Assembly: GCA_964358595.1 (NCBI GenBank)
Contig: CAYHQJ010000001.1
Location: forward strand, 2,955 to 57,303
Direction of reading: 5' to 3'
Length of the DNA: 54,349 nt
Source of the DNA: an uncultured Gemmatimonadales bacterium
GTDB taxonomy: Bacteria > Gemmatimonadota > Gemmatimonadetes > Gemmatimonadales > JACORV01
Numbering within the stretch: the stretch's first letter is position 1; every line of letters starts with the position of its first letter. Positions 1 to 9,669 of this stretch are shown here, one piece after another. A model generated the notes under the pieces. It worked only from the letters and a program-made list of their open reading frames with translations. It made no database searches and was not told the origin of the DNA. Made by a program: the position numbers and the translations under genes.

Positions 1-95
1 GGGGGGGGGGCGGGGGCGCCCCGGGGGGGGGGGGCGGCACCCCCCGCGCCGGGGCGGGCGGCGCGCGCGGGCGCGGCCCGGGCGGCGGCGGCGGC
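1..95. other. G/C-only low-complexity tract at the window/contig edge, probably an assembly or read-end artefact
   Basis: Positions 1-95 contain a single A (pos 39) and no T, with long G runs. Ordinary coding-like sequence starts only after about pos 96, as the 3' end of an unidentifiable + strand ORF stopping at TAG 160-162. Confidence 0.5.
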
Positions 96-174
96 ATCGA
101 GTCCGGCCGACAAGCTTGCGGCCTGGCTGCTGCGCCAGGCGGACCTCAGCGACCTGGTGTAGGGGAGCAACGGG

Positions 175-1026
175 ATGCAGCTCGGGACGATCCTCGCCGC
201 AGTCACGACCCTCGGGGCGATCGGCCTGTTCTTCGCCGCGCTGATCGCGCTCGTGCACCGCCACTTCCACGTCTGGGTGGACCCACGCATCGAGGCCGTC
301 ACGGCGATGCTGCCCGGCTCGAACTGCGGCGCGTGCGGCTTCGCCGGGTGCGCCAACTTCGCGGAAGGGCTGATCGGGGGCGCGGCGCAGCCGGCCGGCT
401 GTACCCAGCTCAGCGAGGATGACAGCCAGAGCGTCGCCCTCTACCTCGGCGTGGCGGTGGGTGAGGCGAACCGCCGCGTGGCGCGCCTGCTGTGCGGCGG
501 TGGCTGCACCGCTGCGCCGCAGCAGGCCGAGTATCGCGGCCTGCAGACGTGCCGCGCCGCCACTGCCGTCGCCGGCGGGGGCAAGAGCTGCCGGTGGGGC
601 TGCCTCGGCCTCGCCGACTGCGCGGTGGCGTGCGACTACGACGCGATATTCATGAACGCCGAGGCGCTGCCGGTCGTCATCCCCGAGCGCTGCATCGCCT
701 GCGGCGACTGCGTCGAGGCGTGCCCGAAGGACCTGTTCGTGCTCATGCCGGCCGCGCAGAAGCTGATCGTGCAGTGCCGGAGCCCGCTGGAAGGCGCCCA
801 GGTCGAGGCGCTGTGCAGCGCCGCGTGCAACGCGTGCGGGAAGTGCGTGCTCGACGCGGCGCCGGGGCTGATCAGCATCGTGAACGGCCTCGCCGTGATC
901 GACTACGCGAACAACGAGCTCGCCGCGCCGGAGGCCACCACACGGTGTCCGACCGGCGCGATCGTCTGGGTCGAGGGCCGGCAGTTCGCCGCGCGCCCCA
1001 TCCCGGCACTGATGGAGGTGGCATGA
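175..1026 (+). CDS. rnfB: Rnf complex subunit B (polyferredoxin, ferredoxin-docking subunit)
   Basis: ORF-track ORF with an AGGGGAG SD-like element about 8 nt upstream. It has an N-terminal TM helix, the CGACGFAGC motif and several CxxCxxCxxxCP-type Fe-S motifs (CIACGDCVEACP, CNACGKCV), as in RnfB. Confidence 0.9.
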   Translation: MQLGTILAAVTTLGAIGLFFAALIALVHRHFHVWVDPRIEAVTAMLPGSNCGACGFAGCANFAEGLIGGAAQPAGCTQLSEDDSQSVALYLGVAVGEANRRVARLLCGGGCTAAPQQAEYRGLQTCRAATAVAGGGKSCRWGCLGLADCAVACDYDAIFMNAEALPVVIPERCIACGDCVEACPKDLFVLMPAAQKLIVQCRSPLEGAQVEALCSAACNACGKCVLDAAPGLISIVNGLAVIDYANNELAAPEATTRCPTGAIVWVEGRQFAARPIPALMEVA

Positions 1027-4000
1027 TGTTCCGCCGCAACGATTCGCCGAAGCCCGGCCCGGCGGTCAACGGGCCGAAGTATCCCGGCATCCCGACGGCC
1101 GTGGACGGCAGCACCGCCGTCGTCGAGATGGAGACCGCCGCGAGCGAGGGAGCGGGCGCGTATCCCATCACGCCGTCCACCCAGATGGGCGAGGGGTGGG
1201 CCGCCGCGGTGGCCGCCGGCACGCCGAACGTGCACGGCCGCAAGCTGATCTTCTTCGAGCCGGAGGGTGAGCACGCCGCCGCCGCGGTGACCGCCGGGAT
1301 GAGCATGTCGGGCCTGAGGGCCACGAACTTCTCGAGCGGCCAGGGCATCGCCTACATGCACGAGTCGCTGTACGCGGCCGTCGGCAAGCGGCTCACGTAC
1401 GTGCTGAACGTCGCCTGCCGCGCCATGACGAAACACGCGCTGAACGTCCACGCGGGCCACGACGACTATCACTGCGTGGACGACACCGGGTTCTTCCAGC
1501 TGTTCGCGAAGAACGTGCAGGAGTCGGCCGACCTCAACCTGATCGCCCATAGGGTCGCGGAGCTGTCGCTGAACCCGGGGCTCGTCGCGCAGGACGGCTT
1601 CCTCACCAGCCACGTGATCGAGTCGATCCGGCTCCCCGAGCGCGAGCTGGTGCGCGAGTACCTGGGAGCGCCCTCTGACGCCATCGACTCACCGACCCCG
1701 GCGCAGCGCATGGTGTTCGGCGAGCGCCGCCGCCGGATCCCCGAGATGTTCGACCTCGACTACCCGGCGATGCTCGGCGTCGTGCAGAACCAGGACAGCT
1801 ACGCCCAGGGTGTGGCGGCGCAGCGGCCGTTCTACTTCGACCACGTCGCCGACCTGACGGACCGGGCGTGCGACGAGTACGCCGCGCTCACCGGGCGGCG
1901 CTACGCGCGCGCGATGGGCTACCTGCTGGAGGACGCCGAGTGGGTGATCGTGGGACAGGGCTCGGTCGTGTGGAACGCCGAGGCGGTCGCGGACCACCTG
2001 CGCGCGACGCGGGGCCTGAAGGTCGGCGTGCTCAACGTGACGATGTTCCGGCCGTTCCCCACCGACCTCGTCACCCGGATGCTGCGCGGCAAGAAGGGCG
2101 TGACGGTGCTGGAGCGCACCGACCAGCCGCTCGCCGTGGACGCGCCGCTGCTGCGCGAGATCCGGGCGGCGATGGGCAAGGCGCTGGAGAACGGCCGTGC
2201 GGGCGAGCCGCTGCCCCACCCGGGTGTCGCCGCCTGCCGGCCGGAGGAGGTCCCCGACTTCTTCTCCGGCTGCTTCGGCCTGGGGAGTCGCGACCTCCAG
2301 CCCGGGCACCTCGTGGCGACCGTGGAGAACATGCTGCCGGGCGGGCGGCGCCGCCGCCAGTTCTACCTCGGCATCGACTTCATCCGCGCCGGCTCGCGCC
2401 TTCCGAAGCTCGAGATCTGGCAGCAGGAGTTGCAGGAGGCCTACCCGCACCTCGCGGAGCTCGCGCTCCCGCTCGCCGGCGACCTCAATTTGATGCCGGC
2501 GGGCTCGCTGTCGATCCGCATCCACTCGGTGGGCGGCTGGGGCGCGATCACGATGGGGAAGAACCTGGCGCTGACGGCCGCGGACCTGATGGGCCTCACC
2601 GTCCAGGCGAACCCGAAGTACGGGTCGGAGAAGAAGGGGCAGCCCACGACCTTCTACGCGACGCTGGCACGCGACCCGATCCGCACGAACTGCGAGCTCC
2701 GGCACGTAGACGTCGTGCTCTCGCCGGACCCGAACGTGTTCCGCCACTCGACCCCGCTGTCGGGGCTGCCCGAGCTCGGCGTGTTCGTGATCCAAAGCAG
2801 CCTCACGCCCGAGGGGCAGTGGGCCGCGCTCCCCGCGCCGGCCCAGCGGCGCATTCGCGAGCGGCGGCTGAAGGTCTGGATGCTCGACGCCTTCAAGATC
2901 GCGACCGAGGAGGCCACCGACCCCGAGCTGCGCTATCGCATGCAGGGCACCGCGTTCATGGGGGCGTTCTTCCGCGCGGCGCCGCTGCTGGGGCGCGAAG
3001 GGCTCGGCGAGGAGCAGCTGTTCGAGGGCATCCGCGCCCAGCTCACGAAGAAGTTCGGCCACCTCGGCGAGGCCGTGGTGGAGGCCAACGTGCGGGTGAT
3101 CCGCCGCGGCTACGACGAGGTCCGCGAGCTCGACTGGTCGCGGCTCGAGGAGTCCGCCGAGCTGGCCGCGGCCAACCCGGTGATGCCGGCGCTGCTCGAC
3201 GGCACGCGGGTACGGCCGGGGATCGGGAATCCCGGCCGGTTCTGGGAGCAGGTCTGCCACCTCTACAAGACCGGCCAGGACGGCATCGCCGACCCGTTCG
3301 CCGCGCTGAGCGCCATCCCAGCGGCGACGAGCACGATCCGCGACATGACCGACGTGCGCTTCGAGGTGCCGGCGTTCCTCGCCGCCAAGTGCACCGGGTG
3401 CGCGCGGTGCTGGACGCAGTGCCCCGACGCCGCCATCCCGGGCGTCGTCAGCGAGATCGACGCCGTCATCCAGGCGGCGCTGGCGCACGCGGCCACCGGC
3501 GGGCACACCGTCAACCGCCTCAAGCAGGTCGTGCCGCACCTGGCGCGCGAGAGCCGGCGCCTGATGACGGGCGCGCCGTTCACGACCTTCGGCGCGGTGC
3601 TGCGCACGGCGTACGGCAACGTCCTCGAGCAGCTGGGGCCCGATGCGGAGCGGCGCTCCGCCCTGGACGGGGAGTTCGCGCCCGTCGCCGCGGCGCTCGC
3701 GGAGTTCCCGCTCGCCAGGACCGGGCAGTTCTTCGACGTGCCCGAGAGCAAGGCGCCGGGCAGCGGCGGGCTCCTGTCCATCACGGTGAACCCAGAGGCC
3801 TGCAAGGGCTGCAACCTGTGCGTCGAGGTGTGCCCCGACGGCGCGCTGGTCACCGTGCGCCAGGACGCCGAGGTCCTCGAGCAGCTGCGCCGCAACTGGG
3901 CGCTGTGGCAGTACCTGCCGGAGACGCCCGACCGTTACGTCAACATCGCGAGCTATGAGGAGGGGATCGGCGTCCTGTCCTCGCTGCTCCTCAAGCAGTC

Positions 4001-6029
4001 CAACTACCGCTCGATGGTCGGCGGCGACGGCGCCTGCATGGGGTGCGGCGAGAAGACCGGCATCCACCTCGTCCTCTCGGCCGTCAACGCCCTGATGCTG
4101 CCGCGGGTGCGGAGGCACGTAGCGCAGCTCGACGACCTCGTCGCCAAACTGGACCACAAGGCCCGCGAGGTGCTCGCCGCCGACGCCGACCTCGACGCCG
4201 TGCACGGTGCGGCGGGGGCGCTCGCGATCCCGGTGGACGAGCAGACGCGCGAGCGCGTGGATCGCATCGCCCGGACGATCCACGACCTCAAGGACCTGAA
4301 GTGGCGCTACACGGAGGGTCCGAGCGGCAAGGGGCGGTCCACGCTCGGCATGGCGAACGCGACCGGCTGCTCGTCGGTGTGGGGGAGCACGTACCCGTTT
4401 AATCCATACCCGTTCCCCTGGGTCAACCACCTGTTCCAGGACGCGCCGTCGATCGCCATCGGCCTGTTCGAGGGGCACATGCGGAAGATGGCCGACGGCT
4501 TCGCCGCCGTGCGCCGCGCCGAGCTCGAGCTGGGCGACGGGTACGACCCGAAGCGGGACGAGGCCTTCTTTGCGCGGTTCGACTGGCACCAGTTCGGCGA
4601 CGACGAATTCGCGCTGTGTCCGCCGATCTTCGCGGTCGGCGGCGACGGCGCCATGATGGACATCGGGTTCCAGAACCTCTCGCGGCTCCTGGCGTCCGGA
4701 AAGCCGGTGCGGGTGATAGTGCTCGACACGCAGGTGTACTCCAACACCGGCGGCCAGGCGTGCACCAGCGGGTTCCTCGGCCAGGTGTCGGACATGGCCG
4801 CGTATGGGAAGGGCCAGCACGGCAAGGAGGAAGTGCGCAAGGAGCTGGCGCTCCTGGCCATCGCCCACCGCGGGGCGTACGTCCTCCAGGCGTCGCAGGC
4901 CTCCCCGTCGCACATGCTGGGCGGGGTGCTGCGCGCGCTGCAGTCGCGCCGGCCCGCGGTCATGGTGCTGCACTGCCCGTGCCCGCCGGAACACGGCATC
5001 GCGGACGAGGGCGCCGAGCGCGCGGCCCGGCTCGCGCTCGAGAGCCGCGCCTTCCCGGTGCTGGAGCACAACCCGGACGCGGGGGCGACGCTCGCCGAGC
5101 AGCTGAACCTCGACGGCAACCCCGCGCTCGACGATCCCTGGCCGTCCTACGAGCTGCGCTACCTGGACGAGTCGGGTGCCGAGCAGACGATGACGGTGCC
5201 GGTGACGACGGCCGACTGGGCGGCGACCGAGCTGCGCTTCCGCAAGCACTTCGTTCCCCTGCCGGACAACGCCGACGCCGACGACCTGGTGCCGTTCCAC
5301 GAGTTCCTGCTGTTGCCGCGCGAGGAGCGGGAGGGCAAGCGGCCGTTCATCTACACCATCGACGCGCAGCGCCGGCTGGCGCGGCTGGTCGCCTCGCCGG
5401 AAATCGTGGCGCTCGCCGAAGATCGGCTCGGCTTCTGGTCGCTGCTGCGCCAGATGAGCGGGCGCGAGCTGGCCGAGTCGGTCCGCGACGAGGTGGCGGA
5501 CGCCGCCGTCACGCCGGTCCGGGCCGAGTACGAAGCCAGGCTCGCCGACATCAAGGCGACGTATCCGCCGCGCATTGCGCGCCGCCTGGCCGAAGGGCTG
5601 ATCCGCGCCGGCAACGGCAAGCAGACCATCGCCGATCTTCTGGCGAAGGTGCAGGCGATGCCCGACCTTGTGGCCCTGGGACCGGAGGGCAGCGCGACGG
5701 CGGTTCCGGGCGCGCCCGCCGCGCCGGCGGCGGCGAAGGCCGCGGCGGCGCCGGCCGCGGCGGCCGCGGGGGTGGGCCTGGCGCTCGAGCCGTACATCGA
5801 CACCGAGCGCTGCACGAGCTGCGACGAGTGCACCAAGCTCAACGCCAAGATGTTCGCCTACAACGCGAAGAAACAGGCGTTCATCAAGGACCCGCGCGCG
5901 GGCACCTTCCGCGAGCTGGTGATAGCCGCCGAGCGGTGCACGGTCGGCATCATCCACCCGGGGACGCCGCTCAATCCCAAGGAAAAGGACCTGCCGAAGT
6001 GGACGAAGCGCGCGGAGCGCTTCGCGTGA
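1023..6029 (+). CDS. Pyruvate:ferredoxin (flavodoxin) oxidoreductase family protein, 1668 codons, with internal insertions and a C-terminal tethered ferredoxin-like domain
   Basis: An in-frame ATG at 1023 (MMFRRNDSPK...) forms an ATGA overlap with the rnfB stop. The part of ORF 492-6029 upstream of 1023 lies over rnfB in another frame. PFOR landmarks are YPITPSTQMGE, GGWGAITMGKNLA, two CxxCxxCxxxCP motifs, CMGCGEK, ANATGCSSVWG and GGDGAMMDIGFQNL...NTGGQ (TPP binding). The C-terminus has an Ala/Pro linker followed by CTSCDEC...C. Confidence 0.9.
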   Translation: MMFRRNDSPKPGPAVNGPKYPGIPTAVDGSTAVVEMETAASEGAGAYPITPSTQMGEGWAAAVAAGTPNVHGRKLIFFEPEGEHAAAAVTAGMSMSGLRATNFSSGQGIAYMHESLYAAVGKRLTYVLNVACRAMTKHALNVHAGHDDYHCVDDTGFFQLFAKNVQESADLNLIAHRVAELSLNPGLVAQDGFLTSHVIESIRLPERELVREYLGAPSDAIDSPTPAQRMVFGERRRRIPEMFDLDYPAMLGVVQNQDSYAQGVAAQRPFYFDHVADLTDRACDEYAALTGRRYARAMGYLLEDAEWVIVGQGSVVWNAEAVADHLRATRGLKVGVLNVTMFRPFPTDLVTRMLRGKKGVTVLERTDQPLAVDAPLLREIRAAMGKALENGRAGEPLPHPGVAACRPEEVPDFFSGCFGLGSRDLQPGHLVATVENMLPGGRRRRQFYLGIDFIRAGSRLPKLEIWQQELQEAYPHLAELALPLAGDLNLMPAGSLSIRIHSVGGWGAITMGKNLALTAADLMGLTVQANPKYGSEKKGQPTTFYATLARDPIRTNCELRHVDVVLSPDPNVFRHSTPLSGLPELGVFVIQSSLTPEGQWAALPAPAQRRIRERRLKVWMLDAFKIATEEATDPELRYRMQGTAFMGAFFRAAPLLGREGLGEEQLFEGIRAQLTKKFGHLGEAVVEANVRVIRRGYDEVRELDWSRLEESAELAAANPVMPALLDGTRVRPGIGNPGRFWEQVCHLYKTGQDGIADPFAALSAIPAATSTIRDMTDVRFEVPAFLAAKCTGCARCWTQCPDAAIPGVVSEIDAVIQAALAHAATGGHTVNRLKQVVPHLARESRRLMTGAPFTTFGAVLRTAYGNVLEQLGPDAERRSALDGEFAPVAAALAEFPLARTGQFFDVPESKAPGSGGLLSITVNPEACKGCNLCVEVCPDGALVTVRQDAEVLEQLRRNWALWQYLPETPDRYVNIASYEEGIGVLSSLLLKQSNYRSMVGGDGACMGCGEKTGIHLVLSAVNALMLPRVRRHVAQLDDLVAKLDHKAREVLAADADLDAVHGAAGALAIPVDEQTRERVDRIARTIHDLKDLKWRYTEGPSGKGRSTLGMANATGCSSVWGSTYPFNPYPFPWVNHLFQDAPSIAIGLFEGHMRKMADGFAAVRRAELELGDGYDPKRDEAFFARFDWHQFGDDEFALCPPIFAVGGDGAMMDIGFQNLSRLLASGKPVRVIVLDTQVYSNTGGQACTSGFLGQVSDMAAYGKGQHGKEEVRKELALLAIAHRGAYVLQASQASPSHMLGGVLRALQSRRPAVMVLHCPCPPEHGIADEGAERAARLALESRAFPVLEHNPDAGATLAEQLNLDGNPALDDPWPSYELRYLDESGAEQTMTVPVTTADWAATELRFRKHFVPLPDNADADDLVPFHEFLLLPREEREGKRPFIYTIDAQRRLARLVASPEIVALAEDRLGFWSLLRQMSGRELAESVRDEVADAAVTPVRAEYEARLADIKATYPPRIARRLAEGLIRAGNGKQTIADLLAKVQAMPDLVALGPEGSATAVPGAPAAPAAAKAAAAPAAAAAGVGLALEPYIDTERCTSCDECTKLNAKMFAYNAKKQAFIKDPRAGTFRELVIAAERCTVGIIHPGTPLNPKEKDLPKWTKRAERFA

Positions 6030-6036
6030 CGCCGCG

Positions 6037-7359
6037 GTGAAACTCGCCACGTTCCGCCACGGCGTGCACCCGCCCGAGCTGAAGGAGCTGACGGCGCGCT
6101 CGCCGATCCGCCGGCTGCCGTTTCCGGCCGAGGTGGTGCTCCCGCTGCGGCAGCACACCGGCAATCCGGCCCGCCCCCTCGTGCGGCCCGGCGACCGCGT
6201 CGAGCGCGGCGACAAGATCGCGGAGGCCGACGGCTGGGTCTCCTCGCCGGTGCACGCTTCGGCCACCGGGACGGTCACAGCCATCGGTCTGTGGCCGCAC
6301 CCGGACGGCACCTACGAGCCGGCCATCCGGATCGCGGTGGAGCCGTTCTCGGCGCAGGCCGCGCGGCCCAGGATGGTGCCGGACTGGCACGGACTCGCGC
6401 CGAAGCAGATCGTCGAAGCCATACGGGATGCCGGGGTGGTCGGGCTCGGGGGCGCCGCGTTTCCCACGCACGTCAAGCTCTCGCCGCCTGATGAGCAGAA
6501 GGTCGACGTGCTGGTGATCAACGGTTGTGAATGTGAGCCGTACCTCACGACCGATCACCGGAGCATGGTGGAATACCCGGAGCGCGTCCACCTCGGCATC
6601 CGCATGATCATGCACTGCCTCGGCGTCGCGCGCGGCATGATCGGGATCGAGCGCAACAAGCCCGACGCGATCGCCGCACTCAGCGCCACGCTGCCCTCCG
6701 ACCTCGCGGTGACCGTGCACCCGCTGACCGTGAAGTACCCGCAGGGCGCCGAGAAAATGCTGATCCACGCCCTGCTCGGCCGCGAGGTGCCATCGGGCAA
6801 GCTGCCGATGCACGTCGGCGCCGTGGTGCACAACGTCGCGTCGGCCCAGACCATCGGCGAGGTCTTCGACACCGGCCTGCCGCTCATCGAGCGGATCGTG
6901 ACGCTCACCGGTCACGGCGTGCGCCGGCCCTCGAACCTCATCGTCCCGGTGGGCACCAAGATCCGCGACCTGATCGACGCTTGCGGCGGCCTCACGGAGG
7001 ACGCCCGCGAGATCGTCTTCGGCGGGCCGATGATGGGCGTCGCGCAGCCGGACCTCGACACGCCCGTCGTGAAGGGCGTGACCGGCGTCGTGGTCCTCAC
7101 CGAGGCCGACTGCAAGCCGCTGGCGTCCTACCCGTGCATCAAGTGCGGGCATTGCCTCGACGCCTGCCCGGTGTTCCTCAACCCGCAGCGGCTCGGCGCC
7201 CTCGCGCTGGCCGAGCGCTACGACGAGGCGGCGGCGAACCACCTGGCCGACTGCATGCTGTGCGGCTGCTGCGGCTACGTCTGTCCGTCCAACGTGCCGC
7301 TGCCGCAGCTGTTCAAGCTCGCCAAGTCCGAGCTCAAGCGCCGGAGCGCCGCCGCGTGA
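6037..7359 (+). CDS. rnfC: Rnf complex subunit C
   Basis: GTG start 7 nt after the PFOR stop. Motifs are the GLGGAAFPT nucleotide/FMN motif and two 4Fe-4S motifs (CIKCGHCLDACP, CMLCGCCGYVCP), a typical RnfC layout. Confidence 0.92.
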   Translation: MKLATFRHGVHPPELKELTARSPIRRLPFPAEVVLPLRQHTGNPARPLVRPGDRVERGDKIAEADGWVSSPVHASATGTVTAIGLWPHPDGTYEPAIRIAVEPFSAQAARPRMVPDWHGLAPKQIVEAIRDAGVVGLGGAAFPTHVKLSPPDEQKVDVLVINGCECEPYLTTDHRSMVEYPERVHLGIRMIMHCLGVARGMIGIERNKPDAIAALSATLPSDLAVTVHPLTVKYPQGAEKMLIHALLGREVPSGKLPMHVGAVVHNVASAQTIGEVFDTGLPLIERIVTLTGHGVRRPSNLIVPVGTKIRDLIDACGGLTEDAREIVFGGPMMGVAQPDLDTPVVKGVTGVVVLTEADCKPLASYPCIKCGHCLDACPVFLNPQRLGALALAERYDEAAANHLADCMLCGCCGYVCPSNVPLPQLFKLAKSELKRRSAAA

Positions 7360-8360
7360 CTCGCCCGCCGTTCCTGGTGACGGCGGCGCCGCACCTTTCC
7401 TCCGCGGACAGCACCCCCCGAATCATGTGGACCGTGGTCGGCGCCCTGGCGCCGATCGTCGTTGCCGCCACCTGGTTCTTCGGCGTGAGCGCGCTGCTGG
7501 TCATCCTGGCGAGCGCCGCGGGCGCCCTCGCCACCGAACGGACGCTCGGGCGCGGCGGCACCCTGCGCGACGGCTCAGCGACGATCACCGGCGTCCTGCT
7601 CGGCCTGACGCTGCCGGCCGGCCTCCCGATGTGGATGGCCTTCGTGGGCGGCGCGTTCGCGATCGGGTTCGGCAAGCTGATCTTCGGCGGCCTCGGCCAG
7701 AACGTGTTCAACCCGGCGCTGCTGGGACGCGCGTTCCTCCAGGCGGCCTTCCCCACCCCGCTCACCACATGGCCCGTCCCCGGCGGGTCCTGGTGGGCGT
7801 TGCGCGGCGACAACTTCGCCCTGCCGCTGATGAGCGCGCGGCCGCTGGACGCCGTCACCGGCGCGACGCCGCTCGGGCTCATGAAGTTCGAGCACCAGGC
7901 CACCGACGTGGTCCCGCTCATGGTCGGCTCCACCGGCGGCTCCCTCGGCGAGACGGCCGGGCTGCTGATCCTGGCGTGCGGCGCCTACCTCGCCGTGCGC
8001 AGCTACCTGAACTGGCGGATCCCGGCGAGCATCCTGCTGACCGTCGCCGCGTTTTCCGAGGGCCTGCACCTGCTCGGTCCCGCCCGGTTCGCCGGCCCGC
8101 TGTTCATGCTCTTCTCGGGCGGCCTCATGCTCGGCGCCGTGTTCATGGCGACCGACATGGTCACGTCGCCCGTGACCCAACGGGGCTGCTGGATCTTCGG
8201 GATCGGGATCGGCATCCTGGTGGTCGTCATCCGCGTGTGGGGAGGACTCCCGGAGGGCGTGATGTACGCCATCCTGCTGATGAACGCGCTCGTGCCGTTC
8301 ATCAATCGCGCCACCCAGCCGCGCGTCTTCGGGACGCGCACCGCCCCGGCGTCCGCGTGA
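7356..8360 (+). CDS. rnfD: Rnf complex subunit D (NqrB/RnfD family membrane protein)
   Basis: In-frame GTG at 7356 overlaps the rnfC stop (GTGA). The protein is polytopic and contains a TGATPLG flavinylation-type motif. The upstream part of ORF 6981-8360 overlies rnfC. Confidence 0.88.
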   Translation: MTRPPFLVTAAPHLSSADSTPRIMWTVVGALAPIVVAATWFFGVSALLVILASAAGALATERTLGRGGTLRDGSATITGVLLGLTLPAGLPMWMAFVGGAFAIGFGKLIFGGLGQNVFNPALLGRAFLQAAFPTPLTTWPVPGGSWWALRGDNFALPLMSARPLDAVTGATPLGLMKFEHQATDVVPLMVGSTGGSLGETAGLLILACGAYLAVRSYLNWRIPASILLTVAAFSEGLHLLGPARFAGPLFMLFSGGLMLGAVFMATDMVTSPVTQRGCWIFGIGIGILVVVIRVWGGLPEGVMYAILLMNALVPFINRATQPRVFGTRTAPASA

Positions 8361-9016
8361 GCACTCCGCCCGCCGCCGAGCACGCCCCGCCGCGGGTGCC
8401 GGCCGCCCGGCTCCTGACGACGCTGGGAACCGGCGGCGCGCTCGCCGGCGCGCTGCTCGTCTTCGCGTACCAGGCCACGCAGCCCACCATCCTCGCCAAC
8501 AAGCGGAAGGAGCTGGCGCAGGCGATCGCGGAGGTGCTCAGGGCGCCGCAGCGCTACGACACGCTCTACGTGTACCGGAACGCGCTCCGGCGCGAGCTGC
8601 CGCCCGGCGTGGACCCGCGCGGCCTGGAGCGCGTCTATCTGGGCTACGGAGCGAACGGCGAGCGGATCGGCTTCGCCGTCGAATCGAACGCGGCCGGCTT
8701 CCAGGACCGCATCGGCCTTATCTTCGGCTACGAAAGCGCCACCGGCCGGCTGCTGGGAATGAAGGTGCTCCAGAGCACCGAGACGCCCGGGCTGGGCGAC
8801 AAGATCTACAAGGACACGGCGTTCGTCGGGCAGTTCAGCCGGGTCGCCGTGCCCCTCCACGGCGTCAAGCGCGGCGCCGGCCGGGGTGACAGCGCCGCGG
8901 TGGACATGATCACCGGCGCCACCATCTCCTCGCGCGCCGTGATCCGCGCGATCAACGACGCACTGGCGCGGCTGCGCCCGCTGCTCGACGGTTACCGGGC
9001 CGAGGCATCGCGATGA
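8357..9016 (+). CDS. rnfG: Rnf complex subunit G (FMN_bind domain)
   Basis: In-frame GTG at 8357 overlaps the rnfD stop (GTGA). It has an N-terminal TM anchor and the ITGATISS covalent-FMN motif. Confidence 0.88.
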   Translation: MSTPPAAEHAPPRVPAARLLTTLGTGGALAGALLVFAYQATQPTILANKRKELAQAIAEVLRAPQRYDTLYVYRNALRRELPPGVDPRGLERVYLGYGANGERIGFAVESNAAGFQDRIGLIFGYESATGRLLGMKVLQSTETPGLGDKIYKDTAFVGQFSRVAVPLHGVKRGAGRGDSAAVDMITGATISSRAVIRAINDALARLRPLLDGYRAEASR

Positions 9017-9669
9017 AAGCGTCGCGGCCCGCCGACGACTTCCTGCGCTGCATCTGGCAGGAGAACCCGGTGCTGGTCCAGGTGCTGGGCCTGTGCCCCA
9101 CCCTCGCCGTCACCAACACGGTCGCCAACGCCGTGGCGATGAGCATCGCGGTGGCTTTCGTGCTCGTGTTCTCGAGCCTGATCGTGTCCTCGCTCAAGCG
9201 GTTCATCCCGAACGAGGTGCGGATCTCGGCGTACATCATGATCATCGCCACGTTCGTGAGCATCGCCGACATGACGCTCCAAGCCACCCAGCCGGTCATC
9301 CACAAGGCGATGGGCCCGTTCGTCCCGCTGATCGTGGTGAACTGCATCATCCTCGCCCGCCAGGAGGCCTTCGCCGCGCGCAACCCCGTCTGGCGCTCGG
9401 TGCTCGACGCCGCGGGCAACAGCGTCGGGTTCACGATCGCCCTCCTGATCATGGGCAGCGTCCGCGAGGTCCTCGGGAGCGGCACGTTCCTCGGGACCAG
9501 CGTCTTCGGCCCGCACTACGAACCGTGGGTGATAATGATCCTCCCGCCGGGCGGGTTCTTCACGCTGGGCTCGCTCGTGCTGGCCGTGAACGTCATCCGC
9601 CGCCGGCGCGTGGCGCGCGCCGGGGTCCCGGCGCTCCCGGTGCGGTCCGAGACGAAGGAAGCGGCCTGA
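9013..9669 (+). CDS. rnfE: Rnf complex subunit E (NqrD/RnfE family)
   Basis: The ORF-track start ATG 9013 overlaps the rnfG stop (ATGA). It carries the VLGLCPTLAVT motif and is polytopic. Confidence 0.92.
   Translation: MKASRPADDFLRCIWQENPVLVQVLGLCPTLAVTNTVANAVAMSIAVAFVLVFSSLIVSSLKRFIPNEVRISAYIMIIATFVSIADMTLQATQPVIHKAMGPFVPLIVVNCIILARQEAFAARNPVWRSVLDAAGNSVGFTIALLIMGSVREVLGSGTFLGTSVFGPHYEPWVIMILPPGGFFTLGSLVLAVNVIRRRRVARAGVPALPVRSETKEAA

Noticed and set aside
1-162. A G-rich tract as a potential G-quadruplex or regulatory element, and a partial upstream CDS ending at TAG 160-162 (...ADKLAAWLLRQADLSDLV).
   Set aside because: The tract sits exactly at the sequence edge and is nearly pure G/C, which looks like an assembly or read artefact. 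The partial ORF is too short, and possibly corrupted upstream, to identify or support as a feature.
492-1022. The 5' extension of the PFOR ORF (the ORF track starts it at 492), and comparable long N-terminal extensions of ORFs 6981-8360, 7427-9016, 9093-10247, 15687-17480, 26550-28655, 27791-29926, 29695-30312, 48774-50453 and 49895-51700.
   Set aside because: The extensions overlie the well-supported upstream gene in another frame and are Arg/Pro-rich. The homologous N-termini begin at internal ATG or GTG codons located at, or overlapping, the upstream stop codon.
1689-6311. A 1540-codon ORF on the minus strand, antisense to the PFOR gene. Similar giant antisense ORFs occur at 23057-26257 (+), 43390-46167 (+), 47562-49919 (+), 39210-40979 (+), 36919-38646 (+) and elsewhere.
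   Set aside because: These are typical stop-codon-poor shadow frames of very GC-rich DNA. Their translations are Arg/Gly/Ala/Pro/His-rich low complexity with no recognisable motif. The opposite strand carries unambiguous homologues (PFOR, hisS/folC/accD, pnp, rseP/dxr, nuoF-like, gltB-like).
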